Positions 11,901-22,732 of a stretch of DNA of 64,000 nucleotides are shown in pieces. The notes beneath the pieces were generated by a model that did not search any database, was not told the origin of the DNA, and saw only the letters and a list, made by a program, of their open reading frames with translations. The stretch is from Centroscyllium fabricii (lineage: Eukaryota): assembly GCA_051313645.2 (NCBI GenBank), contig JBNRSN020000007.1, positions 100,006,001-100,070,000 of the forward strand, given 5' to 3'. A program made the position numbers and the translations under genes. The first letter of the stretch is position 1; each line of letters starts with the position of its first letter.

Positions 11901-13598
11901 AGGGTTGAGAGACCGCAGGTAGTATACTGGGGGTTCCGCTTTGAGTCGCGGTTTGTGACCGTGAGGGGAGGGAGGGGTCCACCGAAAGCCATCGTAACGC
12001 TCTGAAGGTGGCACTGGAAATCCAGTCCCAGGAGTAGGGGGGCGCAGAGCTGCGGCAGCACGTAAAAACTAAACTTGTTAAAGATAGCCCCCTTTACGTT
12101 TAGCGTTACACTACAGCGCCCGGTGACATCAGCGGATTCCGATTTTGACGCCATAGATATTCTCTGGCGCGCAGGGATTACTTTAAGGGAGAGGCGCTTA
12201 ACAGTATTCTGATGTACAAAACTTACTGTGCTCCCGCTGTCGAACAGGCACACCACCTCTTCACCGTTAACTTCCACCGGCATCATTGATCTCCCCAGTG
12301 GCTGGATTGTCTTCTGATCTAGGCTCATAGATGCTAGTACTGGGTCCTCCCCAAAATCTTGATCCGGAGAGTAGTTATCTCGGTCTGGATAGTAGTGATT
12401 TTGATCCGGGGAGTAGTCCTCCAGGTCAGTTTCCTGGGATGGCTGCCTCCATGTGCTCTGCTGTTGGGTGGGGGATGGGTGCTGCTGCAGCCTTGAGCTT
12501 GAGTGCTGCTGGTTGGGGGATGGGCGAGGCCGATTTTGCAGCTCCCTTGTTCCACAGGCAGCACTGTCCAGTCTTGGTTTAACATATGGGCCTTTGCAGA
12601 CCTTTGCATAGTGCCCCTTTTTGTCGCACTTGGAGCAGATTGCTTCTCTGGCGGGGCAGCTACGTCTTTGATGCTGTGGTTGTCCACAGAAGTAACATTT
12701 CGCTTTAGCGTGGGCCGCTGTGAGAAGTTCCTCTGACGGTCTCTGCCCCCGCACTGTCCAAGATTGCGGGGCTGGGCCCGTATAGTTAGTAGAATACGAT
12801 GATAAATCTGTAGAGGCGCTGTCTAGCGCGTGTCCCAAATCGACAGTGGCCTGTAAGTCCTGGCCATTTTGTTCTAATAGTCTTTGCCTAGCATAGTCCG
12901 ATTTTAGGCCTGTTACATAGGCATCCCTGATGAGACTCTCCATATGTACTAGGGCCGTTTGTGCTCTGCAGTCACAGTCCCGTGCCAGGGTTCTGAGGGC
13001 TCTTAGGAACTGCACACTTGATTCGTTGTCCTGCTGTTTTCGGGTGGCCAGTATGTGTCTCGCGTGGACTCTGTTTGGCGCCCGATTGTATTCCCCGTCG
13101 AGGGTCCTGAGGGCTTCGTTAAATGATGAGGCGTCCACGATCATCGAGTATACTTGCGGGCCCACCCGGGCGTGGAGGAGCCGTCGTTTTTGCTCCTCGG
13201 TCATTATGTCCGTTGCGTTGGCTCTAATGTATCCTTCCAATACATTTCGCCAGTGTGAGAAGGCATTGGATGCTCCAGGAGATCGGGGGTCAACCTCGAA
13301 CACTGATGGTTTCAACATTGCAGTATCCATTTCAAGAAGTTAATAAAATTGTAACCGTCAATAACGTCTTCGGAGTCGAATAGTTGGTTATAATAATCAG
13401 GCTTTTATTAACTTCGTTGGAGATACACAACCGAGCTGACTGTCCCCAGAATGGCGCGGGGGATGGGGACAGTCCTTTATGTACCTCCTCCGGCGGGGGA
13501 GGAGTCATGGGCGGTGCCAGGTATCATACAGGTGTTACATGGTATTACAGTGCTATACAGGTGTTACATGGTATTACAGTGATATACAGTTTATCACA
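8918..13598 (-). mobile_element. Intact Gypsy LTR retrotransposon (element A)
   Basis: Two 249-bp LTRs (8918-9166, 13350-13598) that read identical, TG..CA ends, 5-bp TSD GCTCC, polypurine tract AAAGAAGGGGTGAA next to the 3' LTR. Confidence 0.97.
9296..13330 (-). CDS. Gag-Pol polyprotein of element A (1344 aa, single ORF)
   Basis: Two CCHC knuckles, protease LFDSGS, RT (PFG...YLDN), RNase H ESDAS, integrase HHCC and D,D,E (DFKG/SDRG/VER). Confidence 0.96.
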   Translation of the reverse strand: MDTAMLKPSVFEVDPRSPGASNAFSHWRNVLEGYIRANATDIMTEEQKRRLLHARVGPQVYSMIVDASSFNEALRTLDGEYNRAPNRVHARHILATRKQQDNESSVQFLRALRTLARDCDCRAQTALVHMESLIRDAYVTGLKSDYARQRLLEQNGQDLQATVDLGHALDSASTDLSSYSTNYTGPAPQSWTVRGQRPSEELLTAAHAKAKCYFCGQPQHQRRSCPAREAICSKCDKKGHYAKVCKGPYVKPRLDSAACGTRELQNRPRPSPNQQHSSSRLQQHPSPTQQQSTWRQPSQETDLEDYSPDQNHYYPDRDNYSPDQDFGEDPVLASMSLDQKTIQPLGRSMMPVEVNGEEVVCLFDSGSTVSFVHQNTVKRLSLKVIPARQRISMASKSESADVTGRCSVTLNVKGAIFNKFSFYVLPQLCAPLLLGLDFQCHLQSVTMAFGGPLPPLTVTNRDSKRNPQYTTCGLSTLKVTPPSLFANLTPDCKPVATKSRRYSAGDRAFIKSEVQRLLKEGVIEASNSPWRAQVVVVKTGEKNRMVVDYSQTINRFTQLDAYPLPRIADMVNQIAQFKVFSTIDLKSAYHQLPIRSQDRLYTAFEADGRLYHFLRVPFGVTNGVSVFQREMDRMVDRYRLRATFPYLDNVTICGHDQQDHDANLQKFLHTAKTLNLTYNKEKCVFNTGRLAILGNVVENGVIGPDPDRMRPLMELPLPHSPKSLKRILGFFAYYAQWVPNYADKARPLLKSTSFPLSAEANSAFCGIKKDIAKATMHAVDESVPFQVESDASDFALAATLNQAGRPVAFFSRTLQGPETRHSSIEKEAQAIVEAVRHWKHYLAGKRFTLLTDQRSVAFMFNNKERGKIKNDKILRWRIELSAFNYDILYRPGKFNEPPDALSRGTCASAQADRLQTLHNDLCHPGVTRLVHFVKSRNLPYSIEEVKTMTSNCQVCAECKPHFYRPDRAHLIKATRPFERLSVDFKGPLPSANRNVYFLNVIDEYSRFPFAIPCQDMTSATVIKALSSIFSLFGYPNYIHSDRGASFMSDELRQYLLAKGIATSRTTSYNPRGNGQVERENTTVWKAIQLALKSKDLPVTRWQDVLPEALHSIRSLLCTATNTTPHERLFAFPRKSASGTSLPSWLLSPGPVLLRKHVRGHKADPLVERVHLLHANPQYAYIAYPNGREDTVSIKDLAPAGIPKTSPARQPELPKPPVTPPEPPKPKYELRHVGPVPQYVHKAPARSTTQPQAWIHNALPPEPEDERESAPPAVEIRASPPPGSDITTTGQPAEKEQTTQPATPRQRTPQALPARRATQRQRTPQAPPALRRSARTTKPPERLNI

Positions 13599-13908
13599 GC
13601 TCCTCCAAGCCCCACAATAATTGGTGAAAAAAATCACCATGTTTTCAAAACGGTCTTCAGTGGTCTCTTTAAGGGACGGCTGGTTTGGCCGCTCTATGTT
13701 CATTTCCACATGTGTGAGGATTGAGCAGAGCACGTTCTGCCCAAAATATCATCCAGGTCCTAAATATGTCACAGGACCCCGATTTAAATATATGCATGGG
13801 TTGTTTTCAGCTGCCAAAATTGGGGCCTGCTCGGAAATTGCAAAGGGTGGAAACTTGGTGTATAAATGGAAATTAAAGGACAAACATAAGCTTCAACCTC
13901 ACTGTATA

Positions 13909-16594
13909 TAGTCCAGGCATTTTAGGCCAAAATGGGGGTCAACCTTCCATTAATTGCAACACAACCAAACTCAACTGATTTTGTATCCTCAATATGTCCT
14001 GAATAACAGAAAAAAAAGTTGCAAGGAATTGCATGAAGGGAAAGTTTTGAAAATGGCCTGTAAGTATGACCCTACCAAAAACGATTTTTGGCCCTTTCTG
14101 CTAGATTTGACCAAAACAAAGGATACAAAACGAGGATACAGAATATCAGTGACAAGAATTTATTATGATCACATAATCACACAATTGAAGTACTGATCAA
14201 ACAACTCAATAAAATTGTGCACACACAATATCACACTACAAAATGTCATCTTCATCCTCGTCACAGTGCATCTGTATTGAGTTAGTGCAGCTGGACCCTC
14301 TGCAGTGGCCACATGCCGGAGTGCACTCGATATTGTTCTTTTTGCATGTGCATCTCAGGGTGCTGCAGTCAGCCTGGCAGTTGCACTTGATGACCCGCAG
14401 AAGCTTTTCTGGAGCAGGGGGTAGGGTTGTCTGAATTGGCACAAACCCCTCATCACATTTCTGCCATCCCCACTCTGTAGGATTAGGTCCGTCTGAAGAT
14501 CCATTCCATTCTTGTACTTGCAAGTACACACGTAGGCTGTGATACTTTGCTGCTACTGATGTTGGAGGTAAGACCTGTGGCTGAATGTAAGTAGAGCTAG
14601 ATGCCACCTTCTCACAGAACCGATGATATCGGAGGGTGTCCGTTGATTTTCCATTGTAGAGAATCACCATTGCTTTCTCTCCTGCTTCTGCCACATCATC
14701 TGTAGAAGCTGAATGTGCATAGAACACCTCAGCTTGCTCTCTGAATATGCCACTTTCTTTGAATTTCTTGAGGGAAGCTCCCTTCCCAATCCCATGGAGG
14801 CGAGATGTAGTGTCGCTTCCAAGAACTGCATGTAAGAACAAGATGTGTTTACATATGTCTGGGCCAAGTAGTTGTTTTGTAGCCTTGATGTTCCAAATGC
14901 GAGTCTTCTTTGTGCTTTTCTTCGTCTCCGAACAAAAGAACAGGTCATGGGAGTCTAGGCTAGCATGGTAGCAGAGAAGGACTAAGAGGTCTGTGTCATC
15001 CCCTATTAGTACAGTGTTGTTGGTGGTAGCACACTGCACAGCTTTCTGCACAATCAGCAGGTCAGCATCTCCTGAGGCATGGTGTGTCTCACAGTTGGCT
15101 TTCTGCAGTTCTTCACTTAACATTGAAAGAAATTTCTGCTTGTTCTGCCTGTTAGCCAAGAACTGTTCCTTCTTCATTGTGACAATCATGTCAGCTGTAA
15201 ATGTCACAGTGGTGCCAAGCTTCCCCTTTGACCGTCTTTGGTGTGTCATGTCCTTTGTGTTACAACTTTCATATCCATCAAACACCACTACAGCCTTGCC
15301 ATATTTCTTCCTTACATACTCTGTATACTGGTGGCATATGTCTTTATAAGTAGATCCATGAGACCATGGGATGCGTTGAAGAAGTGCTCCCCCATCCAAG
15401 ACATACTGACTACCACCCTGTACAATATCTGCTGGAACATGAGGCCCAATAAGACTCCAGATGGTATCGGCAAGGGCTGGCTTATTTGCTTCTCGAAGCA
15501 GTAGAGCGGAATCAAATAGGGCTGGGGGATAGCTACATAGCTCATATTTGAGGGCTAACTCAAGTTCTGACTCTTGCTGCCTGTGGTCCTTGGCTATATC
15601 TTTTTTGTCAATGTATTTTAAGCGACACCCTTTGTGTACCTTCTCACCAGGTACAGCGTGGATATTGTCTCCCCTTGTTTTACTGGCCTGGTTTATAGAT
15701 GAACTTCCCTTCTCTCCAAGTGTTGATATTGACGGCCCTCCTCCGTCCACAGATTGCTTGCAAATTACACACGTTTCATTTGCCTCCATTTTCTGCATAT
15801 GTGAAAAAGTACAAGTGGGATGTGTGTGGGGATGACTGCTTTATCCTGTGTGCATCAATAGGCTCAACCCACAACAGGTGTGGTCACACCTAGTTCAATT
15901 AGACTGACTCAAGCCAGGTGCGACTGCTTAAATCAGCCATCCCCAGAAACTTTTTAATCTAGGTCAACTATAAATTAAAAAAAAGGCCAGCTGGCTAAAC
16001 CAGTTATTTAGCTAGTTGGCATTAACAAATACCATTACTGAGGTTGGTTCATCAAAGACTGTTACATGACACTTAACCTCAATATCATAGAACTAAAATG
16101 AACTGTAGTAGGATATATTTATACTTTTGTCACTGTGAGAATGTCCAACTTGCGGTTGGAACATAAATGGACAAACTTTACAGCACCCGTGGCATGGTGG
16201 TGTTTGTCTCTCCACTCATAGCTCTCATCTGTTCTCACTGGCAGCCATTTATACCCCAGCTGAGCTGATGAGCTTGGGCTGCACCATGTCAAGGGGGGGG
16301 GGGTTGTTTAAGAACCGCTCATCCAAACAAGTTCAAACTTGATACTGCATTTCCCTGGGTCCTCAGCAACACACCTGCCAAATGTCGACTTCATACAGTG
16401 TTCGGTTTACAAGATATATCATTGTATATGTAATAATAGTGTGGATGGCGGCCATTTTGAATTACAATAATTTCCCATCATGCAATTCCTTGCAACTTTT
16501 TTCCTCTCATTCAGGACATATTTAGGACACAAAATCAGTTGAGTTTGTTTGTGTTGCAATTAGTGGGAGGTCAAGTGACATTATTACTGGACTA
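13909..16594 (-). mobile_element. Academ (AcademX-type) DNA transposon, internally deleted
   Basis: Termini TAGTCCAG...CTGGACTA, about 150-bp imperfect TIRs (TTGCAACACAACCAAACTCAACTGATTTTG / CAAAATCAGTTGAGTTTGTTTGTGTTGCAA), 3-bp TSD ATA; encodes XPG-like nuclease plus Cys-rich finger. Confidence 0.85.
14236..15798 (-). CDS. Academ XPG/FEN1(PIN)-like nuclease with C-terminal Cys8 finger; transposase core missing (520 aa)
   Basis: Motifs VLDGGALL, VVFDGY, DADLLI, DDTDLLVLL, GSDTTS..GIGK, LPPT, WGW, CNC..CSTLRCTC..CTPACGHC. Confidence 0.82.
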   Translation of the reverse strand: MQKMEANETCVICKQSVDGGGPSISTLGEKGSSSINQASKTRGDNIHAVPGEKVHKGCRLKYIDKKDIAKDHRQQESELELALKYELCSYPPALFDSALLLREANKPALADTIWSLIGPHVPADIVQGGSQYVLDGGALLQRIPWSHGSTYKDICHQYTEYVRKKYGKAVVVFDGYESCNTKDMTHQRRSKGKLGTTVTFTADMIVTMKKEQFLANRQNKQKFLSMLSEELQKANCETHHASGDADLLIVQKAVQCATTNNTVLIGDDTDLLVLLCYHASLDSHDLFFCSETKKSTKKTRIWNIKATKQLLGPDICKHILFLHAVLGSDTTSRLHGIGKGASLKKFKESGIFREQAEVFYAHSASTDDVAEAGEKAMVILYNGKSTDTLRYHRFCEKVASSSTYIQPQVLPPTSVAAKYHSLRVYLQVQEWNGSSDGPNPTEWGWQKCDEGFVPIQTTLPPAPEKLLRVIKCNCQADCSTLRCTCKKNNIECTPACGHCRGSSCTNSIQMHCDEDEDDIL

Positions 16595-16994
16595 ATAGGG
16601 TATTAGCAGAATCCATCATCTGATATCCATTATTTTGTATGTAATTCAGAAGTGCCTTTTTATATGCTACAGACTTTGGTATAAGACCCAGTGCATTACA
16701 GGTTCACCTAGTATTATCACAGTTCAAACCATGCAGCACAACAGCATTTTAGTGAAAATTGAGAGATATTTCAAAAATGGCCCCATGAAATTAAACAATA
16801 ATGTGACTAGAACTAACTATTGCTTCACAGGTATGAGCTTTTCCCATTGAAACAAGCTCAGAGATTCTGTAAAGGTTGCCACTGAATTGAGAGATCAAAT
16901 AAGGACTATAAAGCATTTTTTTAAAATCACCAATTATAGTGTGCATACTCAATAACAAAATAACTACCTGTATTTAGAAAGGTAAGTATCTCAC

Positions 16995-17107
16995 CTGGTC
17001 AATGAGATGTGTAGTAACAGCGCAGTCTGGAATCCTAATGGCAATGCTCTGAGGAGTTCCAATGTATTTATCTGCATGTTTCAGTCCGAATAAGTTCAAC
17101 CATTCCC
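16995..17107 (-). CDS. Host gene exon 6 (YrdC domain): (G)EWLNLFGLKHADKYIGTPQSIAIRIPDCAVTTHLIDQ
   Basis: aag|GG...CAG|gtgaga, 113 nt, phase 1-0; SIAIRIPD matches the YrdC (T/S)(V/I)(A/G)(I/V)R(V/I)P motif. Confidence 0.92.
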
Positions 17108-17418
17108 CTTTCAATGATAACATCATTTGTTAATAATTATTCTCCCACATTTATTTAACTTAGATTTGGACACATGAACAGTGTGCTATTGCAACATGGA
17201 GTGCTGACATCCTAGGACCTGCATTCTAACAATGTGATACATCCATGGAATGTTCCTGTTCTTATCTTGGCATGCAGGGAAATTTTTTAACAAAGGTGAG
17301 ACACTTTACCAAACTGAAAGAAATAGCAGTTAGCAGGTTTTCCCATGCCATACTCTCATACCTCCAAGAAGCTGGCTGAAGAGCAGCACTGAGAGAGATC
17401 CAAGCACGACTTACCCAT

Positions 17419-20400
17419 TGATGCGCTATCAATAACTCCAAAAGACTAGAAGTTATACAAGTAACAAATAGGCTTTTATTCACTAAAGAATGAGAGCATG
17501 CCTCTGCTGATCAACTGGTCCAGGACTGAAGGGGGGTTGGGAAACAGTCACCTTTATACCTGGGTCTGAGGGAGGAGCCACAGGCGGAGTCAGCAGGGGC
17601 ATCAGGTACATCAGGTAAGAGTGAACAATAATACAATAACAGTGGTTTACCACATTCACCCCTTGTTTAAAAATGAGTCCGGCGGGGTGAAGTGGGTTAA
17701 CATTTGTTATAAATTAAGTCTTTCGGGGGGTCTGGTCCGCCGCTGCGACCGTCGTAGTACTGGTTGCGGTTCCGATGTTGAATCCTGGGTGGTCTGGAGC
17801 ACCGGTGTGTTGTCCTCAGCTGTGTCGAGTTGGCGGGTGCTTAGCGACGGATCCTGGGGCCTTGGCGTGCCATCTACAGGGACTCGAAGAACATGCCTTG
17901 ACACTGGTGCATCGAGGGTAGCGGTGGGGGGTAATGGTGAGGGGTGGTGGGTGACGGTGGTCTCAGGGTCTCCTGAGGGTGCTAGATCTCTGATGGAGAC
18001 CGTGTCCTCCTGCCCATCAGGGTACGCAACATAGGCGTATTGGGGGTTGGCATGGAGGAGGTGGACCCTTTCAACCAGGGGATCCGACTTATGGCTCCTC
18101 ACGTGCTTCCGGAGCAGGACAGGCCCTGGGGACGTCAGCCACGTTGGTAGCGAGGTCCCGGAGGTGGACCTCCTAGGAAAAATAAACATTTTTTCGTGAG
18201 GAGTAGCGTTGGTGGCAGTACAGAGTAGGGGTCTGATTGAGTGGAGTGCATCAGGGAGGACATCTGGCCAGCGGGAGACTGGAAGGCCTCTAGACTTCAG
18301 GGCTAGAGGCCTTCCAGACTGTTGCGTTCTCCCTCTCTACCTGTCTGGTCCCCCGGGGGTTGTAGCTGGTAGTCCTGCTCGTGGCGACTCCTCTTGCGAG
18401 CAGGTACTGGCGCAGCTCGTCACTCATAAATGAGGAACCCCGGTCGCTATGGATATAGCTGGGGAACCCGAACAGGGCGAAGAGATTGTGCAGACACTTG
18501 ATGACCGTGGCAGAGGTCATGCCCGGGCAGGGGATGGCAAAAGGGAAACGTGAGTACTCATCAATGATATTGAGGAAGTACATGTTGCGGTCAGAGGAGG
18601 GGCCCTTTAAAGTTGACGCTGAGGCGCTTGAAAGGGCGGGTGACCTTTATCAGGTGTGCTCTGTCTGGCCTATGGAAGTGCACTCGGCACAGACTTGGCA
18701 GTTCCTGGTCATGGTCCTGACCTCCTCGATGGAGTAAGGTAGGTTGCGGGCCTTGACGAAGTGGAAGAACCTGGTGACCCCCGGGTGGCAGAGGTCATTA
18801 TGGAGGGTCTGCAGTGGACCCACCTGTGCGCTGGCACATGTCCCGCGGGATTGGGCATCTGGGGGCTCATTGAGCTTCCCGGGCCGGTACAAGATATCAT
18901 AATTGTAGGTGGAGAGTTCGATTCTCCACCTCAATATCTTGTCATTTTTGATTTTGCCCTGCTGCTTGTTATTAAACATAAGAGCAACTGAGCGTTGGTC
19001 AGTAAGCAGGGTAAATCGTTTACCGGCCAGGTAATGCCTCCAGTGCCGCACGACTTCCACAATGGCCTGGGCCTCCTTTTTGACAGAGGAGTGTCGAATT
19101 TCGGGGCCCTGGAGGGTACGTGAGAAGAAGGCCACGGGTCTGCCCGCTTGGTTAAGGGTAGCGGCCAGGGCAAAGTCGGACACATCGCTCTCCACCTGGA
19201 ACAGGGTGGATTCATCCACAGCGTGCATTGCGGCCTTCGCAATGTCCTCCTTAATACTGCTGAAGGCTAGGCGGGCTTCTGCCGTCAGGGGAAAAGAGGT
19301 GGATTTGATGAGTGGACGGGCTTTGTCCGCATAATTGGGGACCCACTGGGCGTAATACGAAAAGAAGCCCAGGCATCTCTTCAGGGCCTTGAGGCAGTGG
19401 GGGAGGGGAAGTTCCAGGAGGGGGTGCATGCGGTCGGGGTCGGGACCGATGACCCTGTTCTCCACAACACAGCCAAGGATGGCGAGGCGGGTTGTGCGAA
19501 ATATACATTTCTCCTTGTTGTAGGTCAGGTTCAGGCATTGGGCGGTGCGGAGAAATTTCTGGAGGTTAGCGTCGTGGTCCTGCTGGTCATGGCCACAGAT
19601 GGTGACATTATCCAGGTATGGGAATGTGGCCTGCAGCCCGTTCTGGTCAACCATTCAGTCCATCTCCCGTTGGAAGACTGAGACCCCATTGGTGACGCCG
19701 AAGGGAACCCTAAGGAAGTGGTAGAGGCGACCATCCACCTCAAAGGCAGTGTACTGGCGGTCCTCCGGGCGGATAGGGAGTTGGTGGTATGCTGACTTGA
19801 GGTCGATGGTGGAAAATACCCGGTACTGTGCAATCTGATTTACCATGTCAGATACGCGGGGAAGTGGGTATGCGTCCAGCTGCGTGTACCTGTTGATGGT
19901 CTGGCTATAGTCAATGACCATGCGGTGCTTCTCACTGGTCTTGACGACCACCACTTGGGCTCTCCAGGGTCTGGTGCTAGCCTCGATGATCCCCTCCTTC
20001 AGGAGCCGTTGCACCTCTGATTTGATAAACAGTCTGTCCCCAGTACTCTATCGCCTACTCTTGGTGGCGACGGGCCTACAGCCTGTGGTAAGGTTAGCAA
20101 ACAGCGGGGGAGGGGTGACGTTAAGAGTCGAGAGGCTGCAGATGTTGTGCGGTGGGCGATTTAAAGGCTGCTGGCTGTAGGCAGCGAGAGGGGGGATGGT
20201 GCGCGGTGGGCGATTTAAAAACTGCTGGCTGCGGACAGTGAGAGGGGGAAGGGGCCCATCGTATGCCATAGTGACACTCTTAAGGTGACATTTGAAATCT
20301 AGCCCTAGTAGCACGGCAGCGCAGAGCTGTGGTAGGATGAGGAGCTTGAAATCCTTGTACTCCGTGCCCCTCACAGTCAGGGTCAATACGCAGTAGCCGC

Positions 20401-22110
20401 CGACGTCCGCTGTATGGGACTTGGAGGCCAGAGAAATCTTTTGGCTTGCTGGCATTACTGGGAGTATGTAGCGCCGCACCGTGTCAGGGTGGACAAAGCT
20501 CTCCGTGCTCCCGCAGTCAAACAGGCATTTCGAATCGCGGCCGTTTACCTTAATGTTCATCATAGATCTGGCGAGTTGTGGAGGCCTGGATTGATCCAGG
20601 ATGATGGAGGCCAGTGTTGGGTTCGGTGGGTCGCTGTCGTACTCGGTTGAGGCGGTGGGGCAGTCGGGGGCCTGGTCCCAAGATGGCGACCCACGTGGCT
20701 CACATGCGGCTGGTGGCGTCCAAGGTGCTTGGCCTGGCCGCAGAAGTAGCACTTCGGGCCTGTAGTTGAGTCGCTGGTGGGTCGCAGGCCTCTGGACATC
20801 GCGGCTGTAGTCAGGTCGCTGGTGAGTCGATGCGTGGCGCAGGCTTGCGGCCCTCCCGAGTCCCACGATGGCAGCACCCGTGACATCCACGATGCGGCCG
20901 CGTGGTCAGGGGAGTAGGCGTCAATGTTTCGGTGGGCCACATCCAGCGAGTCAGCGAGGATCACAGCCTTCTGCAGATCGAGCCCGCTCTGTTCCAACAG
21001 TCTCTACCGGGTATAGCTGGACCTGATGCCGGTGACATAGGCGTCCCAGATTAAGTCCTCCGTGTTTTCTGTGGCCGTCACCGATTTGCACTGGCAGGCC
21101 CGACCGAGGACTCTCAGTGCCCATAGATATTCATCGCCCGATTCCCCGGGTCGCTGCTTGCGGGTAGCCAAGAGGTGTCTGGCGTAGACCTCATTGACCA
21201 TTTTAGTGTATTGGCTTTTCAAGAGTCTGATCGCGTCCATATAGGATTTAGCGTCTCTGATCATCGAATACACTTGGCTCACCCGTGAGTTGAGTACAAG
21301 CAGCTTGTCGGCATCATAGATTACATAGAAGATAGGAGCAGGAGTAGGCCATTCGGCCCTTCGAGCCTGCTCCGCCATTCAATGAGATCATGGCTGATCA
21401 TCCAAACCCAGCACCCTGTCCCTGCCTTCCCCCCATATCCCTATCGAGCCTGCACCGACACATATCCCACCCTATCCCCGTAACCCCACATATTCAATCC
21501 CCCTAACACTAAGGGTCAATTTATCATGGCCAATCAATCTTACCCGCACATCTTTGGACTGTGGGAGGAAACCGGAGCACCCGGAGGAAACCCACGCAGA
21601 CACGGGGAGAATGTGCAAACTCCACACAGATAGTACCCGAGGCCGGATTTGAACCCAGGTCTCCAGTGCTGTGAGACAGCAGTGCTAACCACTGTGCCAC
21701 CGTGCATCGGACTTGACTGTAGCGGTGGAGGCCTGCAGGAATGCTTTGAAGCAGCTCAGCCAGTGCTCGAAGTTGTTGGGAGGCATCCGCTCATTGGGGA
21801 TCCAGTTCTAGCCGTTCAGGCTTCAATATTTGCTCCATTGTAAAACAAATTAGTGAATAAAATTGATGCGCTATCAATAACTCCAAAAGACTAGAAGTTA
21901 TACAAGTAACAAATAGGCTTTTATTCACTAAAGAATGAGAGCATGCCTCTGCTGATTGACTGGTCCAGGACTGAAGGGGGGTTAGGAAACAGTCACCTTT
22001 ATACTGGGTCTGAGGGAGGAGCCACAGGCGGAGTCAGCAGGGGCATGTCCAGCTAGGTTACATACATCAGGTAAGAGTGAACTATAACACAATAACAGTG
22101 GTTTACCACA
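17419..22110 (-). mobile_element. Degenerate full-length Gypsy LTR retrotransposon (element B, related to A)
   Basis: LTRs 17419-17654 and 21864-22110 (diverged, with indels), TSD CCCAT, PPT; gag-pol broken into ORFs 21004-21378, 20048-20997, 19655-20014, 18650-19654, 18290-18583, 17707-18189. Confidence 0.95.
21316..21703 (-). mobile_element. HE1-like V-SINE inserted in the gag of element B
   Basis: tRNA head (TGGCACAGTGG, GGTTCAAATCC), V-core GTGGAGTTTGCACATTCTCCCCGTG, CR1-type tail; flanked by GCATC. Confidence 0.9.
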
Positions 22111-22207
22111 CCCATCTGCCATTTGAACTGGAAAATTACACTTGACACAGTCGATGAGGGTAAAAAATCAGGATGGGGGAATATGGAAAGTAGCAAAGGG
22201 GTCTTAC

Positions 22208-22356
22208 CTCTGGGGATGACAAGACTGATAGACGAAGGCCAAACTGTCTGCATGAAGTCCCAGAGTAGAGGGTTCAACAGATGTTTTGCTGGTTCTAGTT
22301 GTGCTAAGTTGGAGATCCATAGAGACATTGGCCTCTCTTTGGCTTGTTTCTTTGTG
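22208..22356 (-). CDS. Host gene exon 5 (YrdC domain): (N)TKKQAKERPMSLWISNLAQLEPAKHLLNPLLWDFMQTVWPSSISLVIPR
   Basis: cag|C...AGAG|gtaag, 149 nt, phase 2-1; WPSSISLV aligns to YrdC WPGPLTLV. Confidence 0.92.
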
Positions 22357-22397
22357 CTGTGCAATAAAAAAGGAAATAAAAATCACTTGCATATATT

Positions 22398-22732
22398 GGG
22401 CTGGATTTTGTGAATGGAGGTGAGTTGGAGGCGGGACTGCTGCTTGTCGTGTCAATGTCCTGCCTCCCTCCTCGCCTGACCAACCAGAGGAATTTTCCCC
22501 TGATTGACCTTGTTAAGCCCGCCCTGCGGGCTCAGCAGGCAGGCAGTTAAAAGGATTAAATGCCTTTTCCGCCTCCAGGAAACGGGACCCGAAGCAGCAC
22601 ATCTTCCCGCCTCCTGGCAAAAGGGCACGAAGGTGGGACGGGGCTGGCTTTGCAACCTGCCCCCATTTTCTCCGAATTTACCGGCTGTCCCACCTCCATG
22701 CCCGTCCCCTCGGGGCTTGGAAGATCCAGCCC
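22398..22732. mobile_element. Harbinger-type MITE
   Basis: TIRs GGGCTGGATTTT / AAGATCCAGCCC, 3-bp TSD ATT. Confidence 0.75.
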
